From NCBI RefSeq assembly GCF_004010195.1, contig NC_057749.1:23873438-23893437 (forward strand): DNA of 20,000 bases, written 5' to 3'. The DNA is from Chiloscyllium plagiosum (lineage: Eukaryota). This document shows, one piece after another, positions 1 through 9,806 of this stretch. Each line of letters starts with the position of its first letter. Position 1 is the stretch's first letter. The notes beneath the pieces were generated by a model. It ran no database searches, was not told the DNA's origin, and saw nothing but the letters and a program-made list of their open reading frames with translations. The translations under genes were made by a program, and so were the position numbers.

Positions 1-59
1 TTGTAGGATGTATATTCCTTGCTGTTTGAAGTACAATGCTATCAAGCGTTGTTATATTT

Positions 60-306
60 CATTCTCCCTGTGTCTGTGTGGGTTTCCTCCTGGTGCTCCT
101 GCTTCTTCCTACAATCCAAAGGTTAGGTGAATTGGCCATGCTAAATTGCCTAGAGTATTCAGGGATGTGTAGGTTAGACGCATTAGTAAAGGGATATGTA
201 AAGTAATGGGTTAGGAGAATGGGTCTGGGTGGGATACTCTTCTGAGAGTCGGTGTGGACTTGTTGGGCCGAATGGCCTGTTTCCACACTGTCGGGATTCT
301 TTGATT
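60..306 (+). mobile_element. HE1 SINE (elasmobranch V-SINE), 5'-truncated
   Basis: V-domain motif ATTCTCCCTGTGTCTGTGTGGGTTTCCTCC, then GGTGAATTGGCCATGCTAAATTGCC and the LINE-derived tail TTGGGCCGAATGGCCTGTTTCCACACTG. Homologous to seven other copies in the window. tRNA head absent. Confidence 0.9.
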
Positions 307-411
307 TCCGGGAACGAAATCCCAAGTTCCACTGGATGACCAAGTTTCGGAAGTGCAATCAATATCAGTCTTGGCTTTATTGGAAAGTGGGAGAGATCTC
401 AAATGGATACC

Positions 412-760
412 CATGACTTTCACAACCTCAGGATGTCCTGCAGCACTTGAGAACGATGCTCATTGGCTAGGAACGCTACTCCTTCGAGAAAAAGTGGGGC
501 AGTCATTTTAAACTCAACAAGATCTTCCCAAAACGTATAGGAATGAATAACTGGACATTACATTTCACTGGGTTTGACTGAAGAATGTTGAGCAGGACAT
601 GAGCAGAGCATTTATTTTTGTTCACTAACAGTAGAGCTGGTGGTTGATTTTTGTCCACTGAGAAATGGGCAGATAAGTCTTAATTTTACAAAATGTCTGA
701 CAATGCAGTACTCCCTCAGTTACATATAGAAATGTCCGCTCAATAATATGCACATTAAGC
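412..760 (-). mobile_element. Degenerate Deu-domain SINE (SacSINE1/AmnSINE1-like)
   Basis: Colinear degenerate motifs resembling the reverse complement of the DeuSINE consensus as I recall it: CTTTCACAACCTCAGGATGTCC (tail), GATTTTTGTCCACTGAGAAATGGGCAGA, and CTGACAATGCAGTACTCCCTCAGT (Deu domain). Confidence 0.55.
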
Positions 761-761
761 T

Positions 762-1342
762 ACCTGAAAGTATATTATGACGATAGCCCTAGATACTTAT
801 TACAAAGGGAAGTGCCAGGTGGTGTGTTCCAGATGCAATTTGAGTGGTTAAACTACCAGTCTTGATGCAAAGTGCACTTTATTCATACGCTGTAGTTAAA
901 ACACAACAAAAGAAAGAAGAAATTGGAATAACAACTCTATCGGAAAACTTAACAGAATAATAGGTTATTTAACTACTGAACAGTAACTGTTCCAAATATA
1001 GTGACATCCCATAAACACACCCTTGGCAAAGGCAAATTCAGCAAAATAGATGATCTCACATTCTATTCTCCAGTCTAGGAAAGGACAGAGAGAGACAGAG
1101 ATGTACTGCAGCTTCAAGGCCCCAGCAATTGTTTCTGAAAAAACTAAAACTAAAAACTCCTGGCTCTGAGGGAGTTTGACCCCACCCATTCAGACTGCTT
1201 CTACTGTTCCAACCTCTCTTTTTTTTAAGAAAAAACCCAAGCCTCTCAAACTGTTTACTTCATTTGATTCAAATTGACAGCTCAGTGTCTCTGTCTTAAA
1301 ACCAGGGTGAAATACATCTCGTAAAATCGTAGCATTGTCACA
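762..1342 (-). mobile_element. Solo-LTR-like element, copy 1
   Basis: Homologous over ~580 bp to 8352-8977 in inverted orientation, including an exact 23-mer (1008-1030 vs 8682-8704). Begins TGTGACA on the minus strand, has AATAAA on the minus strand near 880, and is non-coding. Confidence 0.6.
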
Positions 1343-1898
1343 GCACAATCTATTTGGTCAAGTTCAGTAATTTGGCATAATTCAGAGGTTCCAAGTTATG
1401 CTCCAAGGTCAGACAGACTCTACATGAGCTTCTGTTCATGTACACAGCAGTTTGACCATGAACTGTGTGCCAGTGAGAGAGCGAACTGTAGGATGTACTA
1501 TGTCATTACACCAAAAGGACAGGATTCAGGATGCATCATTGGGGGAAAGAAAACTGACAAGCTCCTCACTGACCTGGCTCCTAAGATTTCTCTGTTGGGA
1601 TGAATACTGCGGTAGTTTTCAAATGATCTACCGTGACAAAAAGAGAAGTGAGTTGTGAAATGTTTGGGAAGCAGTGTTGCTTTATCGGAGACTGTGTCTG
1701 TGCTTCCAGTTCCTCCTGGAGTCTGTGTCTGTTCTCGAAGGGAGTACCCTGCTGATGAGAATTGGTCTCCTGATAAGGTGACCCTCAGACAGAGCTCAAG
1801 ACCTTCTGCGTTCACATTCACACCAACTTGCCAATTCAGTTTGGCTTTTTCTTACTCCCCAGTGACAAACCTGGTACCAAGTCCCTCATCCCTGCAGG

Positions 1899-2243
1899 TG
1901 TCATAGAGTCATAGAGACGTGCAGCACAGAAACAGACCCTTCTGTCCAAGCCGTCCATGCCGACTTGATATCCCAACCTAATCCAGTCCCATTTACAAGC
2001 ACTTGACCCATATCCCTTTAAACTCTTCCTATTCATATTCCCATCCAGCCTTTAAATTGCTGTAATTGTACCAGCCTCCACCACTTCCGCTGGCAGATCA
2101 TTCCATACATGCACCACCCTCTGTGTGAAAATGTTGCCCCCTTAGGTCCCTTCTGAATCTTACCCCCTCCCCCTAAACCTCTGGCCTCTAGTTCTGGATC
2201 TCCCCCACTCTAGGGAAAAGGCCATGTCTGTTTATCCTGCCCA
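1899..2243 (-). mobile_element. CR1-clade (HER1-like) LINE 3' end
   Basis: Reverse-complement (CTATGACT)n tail TCATAGAGTCATAGAG, followed by typical CR1 3'UTR and ORF2-end sequence (CCAGCCTCCACCACTTCC, CACCACCCTCTGTGTGAAAA). Confidence 0.88.
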
Positions 2244-2583
2244 GGGTTTGGGGAAATACCTGTCTCCAGTTGCCATCACTCATCATCTTGTCCCTCCTCT
2301 TGGATGCAGCAAACCCCATGACTGTGGTCTAGGACTGCAGAAGCAGCTAACCAATCCAACAGGGAGGATGTCCACCTCTAAGCCTGGTTAGCCTGCACTC
2401 GGTGTAGACGCATTGAGAGGCAAGCTTTTTAAAGGTCTGCCTGTCTGAGACCGTTTCCTTCCAAAGGAGGGATAGGGCCAGCAAATAGTCCACATCCTCC
2501 TTCATAAAATCCAGCGCCATGTTTTCCCTACAAGTTCACAAATCACCTTCACCTTCACGTGAGGTTGGATAAATCAAGCAGCC

Positions 2584-2806
2584 CAGCTCTATAAGACTCG
2601 AGGTAGGCTACATTTGGAATACTGTGTGCAGTTCTGTTCGCCGTATTATAGGGGGGGATGTGGAGGCTTTGGAGAGGGTGCAGAAGAGGTATCTCAGGGT
2701 GTGGCCCTGATTGGAGTGCTCAAGCTATAAGGAGACGGTGGGCAAATTTGGGTTGTTTTCATGAGAATGTCAGAGGCTGAGGGCTGACTCGATACAAGTA
2801 TATAAA
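2584..2806 (+). mobile_element. CR1 LINE ORF2 C-terminal fragment, left part (interrupted by a PLE)
   Basis: Translates as QLYKTRGRLHLEYCVQFCSPYY, matching the CR1 motif LYKTLVRPHLEYCVQFWSP. Continues colinearly at 3179. Confidence 0.88.
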
Positions 2807-3178
2807 GACTTGCCCCATCTCACTAGAATCTTTACATACGGATGAGGAAGGACACCACTTTGACTGGGACAACACATCCATCCTAGGACAAGCCAAACAG
2901 AGATATGCACGAGAATTCCTAGAAGCATGGCATTCCAATCGGAACTCAATCAACAAACACATCGACTTGGATCCCGTTTACCACTCCCTGAGAAAAAGAA
3001 CAGGAAATGACATCACCACAGGAAATGATGTCATCAACCCACGGAAACCTAACCATCTAAATAAAAAATTGGCCATACCACCAGTGCTTCAGTGGAGGCT
3101 CACTGATGATGTTACAGCGTGTGGTGACGAAACATCTGAAAACAAACCTTCCCGCTCAGCGAGCAAACATACCTCCAG
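2807..3178 (+). mobile_element. Penelope-like element 3' fragment: GIY-YIG endonuclease C-terminus plus pLTR
   Basis: The frame of ORF 2967..3206, extended upstream, reads SLHTDEEGHHFDWDNTSILGQAKQRYAREFLEAWHSNRNSINKHIDLDPVY. This contains the PLE endonuclease H..GH.FDW....IL / R.FLEAW..N motifs. It is followed by an 18-bp tandem repeat (3000-3035) and an HHR motif. Confidence 0.88.
3100..3139 (+). ncRNA. Minimal hammerhead ribozyme motif of the PLE (one CpG-type substitution)
   Basis: TCA-CTGATGA(3103-3109)-t-GTTAC/GTGAC helix II-GAAAC(3129-3133)-ATC-TGA. Helix I is TCA/TGA. The expected GTC reads ATC. Confidence 0.7.
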
Positions 3179-3355
3179 AAGTATATATTATGAGAGGCAT
3201 GGATAGGGTGCATAGTCAAAATCTGTTTCCCAGATTGGAAATGTCAAATATTAGAGGGCATAGGTTTCAAGTGAGAGTGGGAGAGTTTAAGAGGGACATG
3301 TGAGGTAAGTTTTGCTCTCCACAGTGGATGGTGGATGCATGGAATGCGCTGTTCG
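3179..3355 (+). mobile_element. CR1 LINE ORF2 C-terminal fragment, right part
   Basis: Encodes IMRGMDRVHSQNLFPRLEMSNIRGHRFQVRVGEFKRDM, the CR1 K(I)MRG.DRV..TRGH motif. Resumes where 2584-2806 stops. Confidence 0.88.
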
Positions 3356-3361
3356 GGGACA

Positions 3362-3430
3362 CCTTAGGAGGATGGGAAAGTATTTGATGAAGCAGCTGCA
3401 GATGGTTGGGCCTAGGACACTATCCTGTAG
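3362..3430 (-). mobile_element. LINE reverse transcriptase fragment (PQGS region)
   Basis: Minus-strand translation PLQDSVLGPTICSCFIKYFPILLR resembles the RT motif PQGSVLGPTIFSCFINDLP. Confidence 0.7.
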
Positions 3431-3437
3431 AGGTGTA

Positions 3438-3560
3438 GAGCCCTTGAGGCATAGTGGTAGTGTCCCTATCTCTGAGCCAGGAGAACCTGATTCAAATCCC
3501 ACCTGCTCCAGAGATGTCATAATCGTAACATTCCTGAATGTGTTGGTCAGAAAATATCTA
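3438..3560 (+). mobile_element. Short tRNA-derived SINE (~120 bp), copy 1
   Basis: A-box-like GGCATAGTGGTAGTG and B-box-like GATTCAAATCCC, then CTGCTCCAGAG. Homologous to 6104-6210. Confidence 0.7.
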
Positions 3561-3605
3561 CTCTGCAGGCACAGGAATGTGGTACTGTGGGCGGCCTAGG
3601 ATCAT

Positions 3606-3658
3606 TGCTCCAGAGGTGTCATAGCATCACTGAACAATCTGATTAAAAGAAATCTATC
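3606..3658 (+). repeat. Partial copy of the 3' half of the short SINE
   Basis: TGCTCCAGAGGTGTCATAGCATCACTGAACAATCTGATTAAAAGAAATCTA parallels 3504-3560. Confidence 0.6.
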
Positions 3659-4141
3659 TTGCAAAAATGTGCTGAGACTGAGAGGTCTGGTCTCCAATAA
3701 CTGCAAGCATCTCAATCAGCGCACAAGTTCAAAAGAATTCTAATGACCCTGTACACTGTCGTGTTTTTTATGCGTGTTGTTTATGCATTGAAATGCAGTG
3801 GGGAGAAGGTCAGTAATGCAATATTCTAAAAGTTGTGAAGGATGACTGGACATTGAGTGTATGTATTTGAAACTGATCCATGTCGCCATTGTTAAGTCAA
3901 TGGGACTGGTATCTTCCTGGGTATGCAGAATGCCTCCATCTGTTGCCAGTTTCTAAACTTGTGTCAACCCAGTGTCATAACTTGGCAAGATCGCCTGGAG
4001 TTCACAAAACATCAGTGTAAGGAGCGAGTGAGTGTTATTCCTGCAGTGCTCAGGCTTGGATGGACCAATGCAGTCAGGAAGTAAACCACCAAGCCTCTTT
4101 CCAATTGGCCAGCGCTGGCCATTAGAAGCCGACAACTTGAT

Positions 4142-4462
4142 GGGCAGCATGGTGGCTCAGTGGTCAGCACTGCGGCCTCACAGCGCAAGGGACTGGGTTC
4201 GATTCCGGGTGTGTGGAGTTGCACATTTTCCTCGTGTGTGCGTGGGTTTCCTCAGGGTGCTCCTGTTTCCTCCTACTATCCAAAGGTGTGCAGTGTAGGT
4301 GGATTGGCCATGCTAAGTTTCCCATAGTGTCCAGGGATATAAAGGTTAGGTGGGTTAGTCGTGGGAAATGCGGGATTACGGGAATAGGGTAAAGGGGAGG
4401 TGGGGTCTGGGTGGCCTCGATGGTCGATTGGCCTTCTTCCACACTGTAGGGGTTCTGTGATA
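4142..4462 (+). mobile_element. HE1 SINE, near full length
   Basis: GGGCAGCATGGTGGCTCAGTGG (A box), GGTTCGATTCC (B box), V domain, and tail TTCCACACTGTAGGG. Confidence 0.92.
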
Positions 4463-4787
4463 GATCCATAGCTTAATGGGGCAAGCTCTCCTGAGAACAG
4501 TACAAATGACACATGGTGGAAGCACAGTCAACAAAGAGCAGTAGAGTAACCAATCTCGGAACTGGTAAAATATACTGACACCCCAGCAGAGCATGTTTAA
4601 TGTGGTGAAGTATTACATTTTTGGCAGAATGATCGGGGCGAAACAGTGCAAAGTAAATGGTAAATATTTTTTTCACAAGGCCTGCAGTGGCAGTGTGAAG
4701 TAAATGTACACAAAGTAGCAGAACAAATAAACAGGCCGCATCCTGGCCTTTTGGCTGGAGACACGTGGAGTTTAAACTCAAGGACGT

Positions 4788-5142
4788 TAGAGTCATAGAA
4801 TCCCTACAGTGTGGAAACAGGTCATTTGGCCCAACAAGTCCACACCGACCCTCTGAAGAGTAACCCACCCAGCCCCGTTCCCCTACCTTATTATCCTACA
4901 TTTACCCCTGACTAATGCACCTAACCTACACATCCCTGATTACTCTGGGCAATTTAGCCTGGCCAATTCACCTAACCTGCACATCTTTGGATTGTGGGAG
5001 GAAACTGGAGCACCCGGAGGAAACCCACACAGACACAGGGAGAACGTGCAAACTCCACACAGACAATCACCTGAGGCTGGAATCGAACCTGGGTCCCTGG
5101 TGCTGTGAGGCAGCAGTGCTAACCACTGGGTCATTGTGCCGC
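4788..5142 (-). mobile_element. HE1 SINE, full length
   Basis: Reverse complement of the whole HE1, from the tail GTCATAGAATCCCTACAGTGTGGAAAC to the head GGAATCGAACC...AACCACTG...GTGCCGC. Confidence 0.93.
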
Positions 5143-5280
5143 TGATACAAAGTTGTTAGAAAATTTTTTCTTTGAGTAAAATCTCAGGTTTTGTCCCCAG
5201 CTTGGAGGATTGAGAATATGACCTGCTCACTGCACTTTAGGACAGATATCGAGGTGAGGTAATGCTGCAGAGTTTTTTCA

Positions 5281-5568
5281 AAAAGTTCATTCACAGAATG
5301 AGGACGTCACTGGCTAGACCCGCATTTATCACCCATCCAGATAAGGTTGCTGTGGGTCTGGAGTCACATCGAGGCCAGACCAGGTAAGGATGGCAGTTTC
5401 CTTCCCCACAGGACATTAGTGAACCAGACAGATTTTTCCCACAATCAATAATGGAATCATTGTTATCAATAGATTCTTAATTCCAGATATTTTGAATTGA
5501 ATTCAAATTCCACCTTCTGCCATGGTGGGATTTGAATCTGGGTCCCCTGAATGTTAGCTGGATTACCA
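5281..5568 (-). mobile_element. tRNA-derived SINE, second family (tail GGATGGGCAATAAATGCTGGC)
   Basis: Homologous to 14568-14890, 16562-16853 and 18980-19445. B-box reverse complement GGGATTTGAATC near 5527. Confidence 0.8.
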
Positions 5569-5700
5569 GTCATAGAGATGTACAGCACAGAAACAGACCC
5601 TGCGGTCCAACTCATCCATGCTGACCAGTATCCCAAACTAATCTAGTCCCATTTGCCAGTACTTGGTAAACATCCCTCTTAAATCCTTCCCAAATGATAA
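5569..5700 (-). mobile_element. CR1/HER1-like LINE 3' tail
   Basis: GTCATAGAGATGTACAGCACAGAAACAGACCC... closely matches 1908-2030. Confidence 0.85.
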
Positions 5701-5989
5701 TACCACCAGCCCATTGCCTCTCCTAAACATGAAAGCTCCCAGTTCTGAAAGACCTCAGTTAGTTGACAATGCAGTTGGGATGGTTGTTCTTGTGGTAGAA
5801 GTTGAGGAGAAATGGCTTTGGATGTGGAAAGGGTGAGGTAGGGAAGCTGGCTAACCAGAAGACAGATTGAAGGTGATTGGCGAAGGAGTCCGAAACGACC
5901 GGGAATTGGCATGCTGTTGCCTCCAATGGGATAATTGATTGGCTGTGGAAATGCTTATATTATCTCTTAACATAAAACGCAGGGCTCAG

Positions 5990-6100
5990 AATGATGCTGA
6001 GCATCAGTGAACACCCTCAATTCTGACATGCAGATGAAGGCACGGCAATTAGAGCTACTGAAGATAATTAGGCCTTGGATACTACCCTGAGGAACCCGGA
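5990..6100 (-). mobile_element. Old LINE reverse transcriptase fragment
   Basis: Minus strand reads RVPQGSIQGLIIFSSSNCRAFICMSELRVFTDA, compared with RT GVPQGSVLGPTIFS...SEVGMFADD. May extend leftwards to ~5750. Confidence 0.6.
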
Positions 6101-6103
6101 ACA

Positions 6104-6210
6104 GGGGCTCTGGTGCAGATGTGGTGTCCCTACCTCTGAGCCAAAAGGCCCGAGTTTAAGCCCCATCTGCTCCAGAGGGGTGCCATAACATCTCTGACAA
6201 ATTGATTAAG
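6104..6210 (+). mobile_element. Short tRNA-derived SINE, copy 2
   Basis: GTGTCCCTACCTCTGAGCCA...CTGCTCCAGAG...CATAACATCTCTGA, homologous to 3438-3560. Confidence 0.7.
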
Positions 6211-7679
6211 CGCACCAAGAGTTGAATTTAACCTCACCATCTTAAGATTTGCCTCTTGTCTCTGCTGATGCCTCCCAGTTCAGTGTCACATTTTGTTTGG
6301 TGTTTCTATGAAGCAGCTTAGAATGTGTCTTCAAAAACTGCATGGATGCAAGTTGTTGGAGGATGGACAAGTCCTCTCCAGAGATTGGTGGACTGTGGCA
6401 GGAGGATTTGTTCTGGAGTACAGTTCAACAAGTATGCACCACCAGCAGTATTCAAACAACCCTGTGGTCCCCTTGCATCAGCATTTTCATAACACGTTAT
6501 CCTGCCAGCAAAACTGATTTCTGGGTCACAAAATCTGTAATTAGTTGTGAAAGTTAACTTTGTGGTAGGTACCATCAATCATTACACTTTGGGTTTCATG
6601 TGCGTGTGGTGGACGGTGGTTGGGAACTTGCAAAAAGTTTTATACTCAAGTTGGTTGTGGTGTTAGTTGTATCGGTGACGATCGGGGAGATTGGTTGGAG
6701 AGTTTAGCAAAGGGACGACAAAACAATTGGCAGTTATTGGGGGCTTTCTTGAAGTTTGACAGGAGTGTTACTCGTATATTACTGAAGAGACATACTTTGT
6801 CAAAACATCTCGTCTCGCGATCAGCAGGACAAGTCACAAGAATACCACTTCAAGGAGAAAAGCCAACATTTAGACTAGAGAAGATGAAAGTGCGAATTGT
6901 TTGGCAAATGGAAGGTGATGCGGAGAATGCGCAACTGATGATGGTTGGCAGTTAACTGCCAGATTTTATTTAAATGTTGAACTAGGCAGATTAACTCTGA
7001 CTCACATTGGTTAGGGCGTAATGCTGAGAAAGGAGCCAGTGAATTGCTGTTACCTCTGTTCTTTTGAACCAGGCCCTGTAAGTACACTTGTTCTGTCTGC
7101 CTACAAAGAGCAGGGCCCTGTGTAATTTATATATATATATACAAGCAAGCGCACTGCACTCTGAACTGGATGGTCAGTCCTGCATTGGTGCCTGTGTAAT
7201 TCTTTGTGCACTTGGGATTATTCAGCAAGTGTTATGCATACCTAATGAAGGTGGCTATGTTATGAATTTTGCAAGTGAAGTCTTGCTGGCAATGGTCTGT
7301 ATTATGCTTTTTGGTTTAGATTGTGGCATTAAGATGCTGGTCTTATCTGTAGGATAGCCTTCTTCCTGCCGACGGAAATCCCTTTTCTACTTCCACGGCA
7401 AACTCTACGGAGGCTGAATTAATCCAATTTTTATTTTCCTATATGTGAACGGTTCAATGGAAAAAAGATTCCCCCTGAAAGTCTGTGCCTGGCCAAAAAC
7501 CCTCGGGATTTTGGGCTTAGTCTGTTCATTCTGTCAGAGTGAGGGGTGGGGTCAAATGGCTTTGGCATCCAGTTATTTTCTCAGGTTTGCAGCCACAGGA
7601 TGTGAGCCTCTGGAAAACGTGAATCTTTCAATTCCCCAAGCAGCAAGGTGTCTGTCTTTACACTGGTTAGGTTGTTACT

Positions 7680-7960
7680 GAACAGAAGGACCTTCATCCC
7701 ATTGTACCCGTGCTGGCTCTCTGAATGTGCGAGTCACATGATGCCATGCTCCCTCCTCACCCTGCATTCTGATCCTCCTCAGGGGGTGCTCTCATTCCCT
7801 TTTGTGAGTGCATGTGTTGAACCTGCCTTCACCACACTTCCAGGCAATGCATTCCCAGACCCTAACCGCTCGCTGTGCAAAATAGATTTCTCTCCTGTCA
7901 CTTCGCTGCTTTTGCCAATTGCTTTCAGCCTGTGTCCAAACAGTTTCTGACTCTCGCATT
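7680..7960 (-). mobile_element. Older CR1 LINE 3' end
   Basis: ACAGAAGGACCTTCATCCCAT...CTGCCTTCACCACACTTCCAGGCAATGCATTCCCAGACCCTAACC, similar to 11970-12020. Confidence 0.7.
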
Positions 7961-8140
7961 TGTACTGACCCCTCGTGATTCTGAATGTCTCTATCAGGTC
8001 TCCTCTCTGTCTTCACACTTCCACGGAGAGCTGTCCCGACCTCTCCTTATCCCGTACAAGATCTCTGCTGACATTGGCTTTTCGTTTCTCTTGCCTTTCA
8101 CCTTTCTGCCTAATGCACCGTTGGCCAATGGGGTCCAAAG

Positions 8141-8350
8141 GGAGTTCCATTTGTACAAGGCTCTTGTTAGGTAACATCTGGGAGTCAATCAATGTGCGAA
8201 CCTAGTTATATTTCAGGGTGGGTGCAGCATTGAGAGTGCAGTGAAGGCTCACTAAGGGGAGATCTGGTTCGAGAGAATGTGAAGGGTTTTGTTCAGTGAA
8301 ATGGTCTTGGGAGTTTCCTGAAAATGTCTAAGGAATCAGAGGATGATCTG
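8141..8350 (+). mobile_element. Degenerate CR1 ORF2 C-terminal fragment
   Basis: LYKALVR motif (end of ORF 7875..8174), followed by decayed E.VQRR.T.. and LRGDL-like codons. Confidence 0.55.
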
Positions 8351-8351
8351 A

Positions 8352-8977
8352 CTATACAATGGCGTTAGGCAGTGTACTGTGCCTTTTTTTAAATGAAGAA
8401 ATGTTGAGACAGAGATACTGAGCACTCTGCTCCAAAGCCAGTAAAGAGCTTGTGAGGCCTTGAGTATTTTCTTAAAGTTGGAACAAAAGAAGCAGTCTGG
8501 CTGGGTGGGGTCTAGCTCCCGTAGAACCAGGATTTTTTTTTCAGTTTGAGCTTCAGTAATGGTTGCTGCTGGGGTCTTGAAGCTGGACGTGGAAGCGCTT
8601 TTTCCTCTGTCTGTTACAGCTGAAAGCTGGGGGTTCTCTTCCTGCTGTTAGATTGTATGTGAGGCAATCTATTTTACTGAATTTGCCAAGGGTGTGTTTA
8701 TGGGCTGTTATTATATTGGAACAATTAGTCAGTAATAGTTACTGTGTCTATTATTTTGTTACGTCTTTCGATAGAGTTACAGTGAAGCCAGTTCTTTTAT
8801 TTTGTCTATATTTTAATCGTAATACAAAAAAAAGTGTTTGGTTTAACATCTAATAGTTTGACCAATTGTATTGCATCTGGAGTTCAACATCTTACACTTA
8901 CAGTGAAAATAAGATAACGTTAGGGTCTATGCCATCTTCGTCATATATTTTGATTCGGTTTGGTCTTGTCCATCACA
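8352..8977 (+). mobile_element. Solo-LTR-like element, copy 2
   Basis: Inverted homologue of 762-1342. Ends CCATCACA. No adjacent PBS or internal gag/pol sequence seen. Confidence 0.6.
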
Positions 8978-9404
8978 GTGGGAAGTGCGAGATTTTCGTT
9001 TCCTTCGGTGGTTGAATGGTGATAATTTGACGCAATGAGTAAATGGCTTTGAAGATCAAAGTGTGGAATTTAGATATTTTCTGACGAGTGGCTATTGAGA
9101 CAGACACGATGATTTCATTCGACAAGTTTTCACGTGTTTGAGAAAGTACAACGTACAAACAAATCCAGAAAGGGGAGCAAATGAGACTTAAGTGGGTAGT
9201 TCTAGATAAAACCTTCATGTTTACATGTCGCTATACTGTCAATGACTGTCTCACACAATATGTTTCAGCTTGAACTTCAATTACTAGTGTGTCTGAAGTA
9301 TATCTTCAATCAGTGCTTCCCAAATCTTTTTGAGGCTTGGAAGTTATGATCCCCTCAGTACAAGCTGAGAGCCTGGGGGCCTGTTAGGGCAGTCAGAGAA
9401 AGCT

Positions 9405-9533
9405 AGAAAATAGGACTAGGTCATTCGGCCCTTCGAGCCTGCTCCGCCGTTCATCCAATATGGCCGATCATCTAACTCAGTCCCCTGTTCTCGCGTTCTT
9501 CCCCCAGGCTCTTTGACCCCTCTCGCCATAAGA
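9405..9533 (-). mobile_element. CR1 LINE 3' tail (another subfamily)
   Basis: TAGAAAATAGGA..GGTCATTCGGCCCTTCGAGCCTGCTCCGCC..ATGGCCGATC is the typical reverse-complement CR1 terminal stem-loop and tail. Confidence 0.7.
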
Positions 9534-9806
9534 ACTTGGATCTCAGAACCTCAATGTTTTAGATGACAATCCCACTTGAGATCCTAACCCCTCCTCCTCT
9601 GTTTGGGATGTTCTGCTTTAGATGTTGATTTGTGAACAAAGCTGTTGATGGGTCCTGTTTGGGTGGAATCTAAAATGGTTGGGGCGTGGAAACTGACCAC
9701 TTGACCCTCAGCTCTCTGGTGCTTTGGTCAGCTACAACCATCACATCAAATGCCGTTCTACTCCAATCCTCTTTGGAGTAGTTAACTAAATCCTCCCTTA
9801 AATTCA

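Noticed and set aside
2347..2520. Short minus-strand ATG frame MALDFMKEDVDYLLALSLLWKE.. after a TTGTAG
   Set aside because: Under 60 aa, no recognisable homology and no supporting donor site.
4142..4215. tRNA-like A/B boxes here and at other SINE heads
   Set aside because: They are SINE promoters continuing into SINE bodies. No standalone cloverleaf with a terminator is evident.
6620..6955. 111-aa ORF in unique sequence
   Set aside because: Non-ATG start, no recognisable domain, no convincing splice boundaries, and a length expected by chance.
7128..7141. (TA)n microsatellite
   Set aside because: Short and ordinary.
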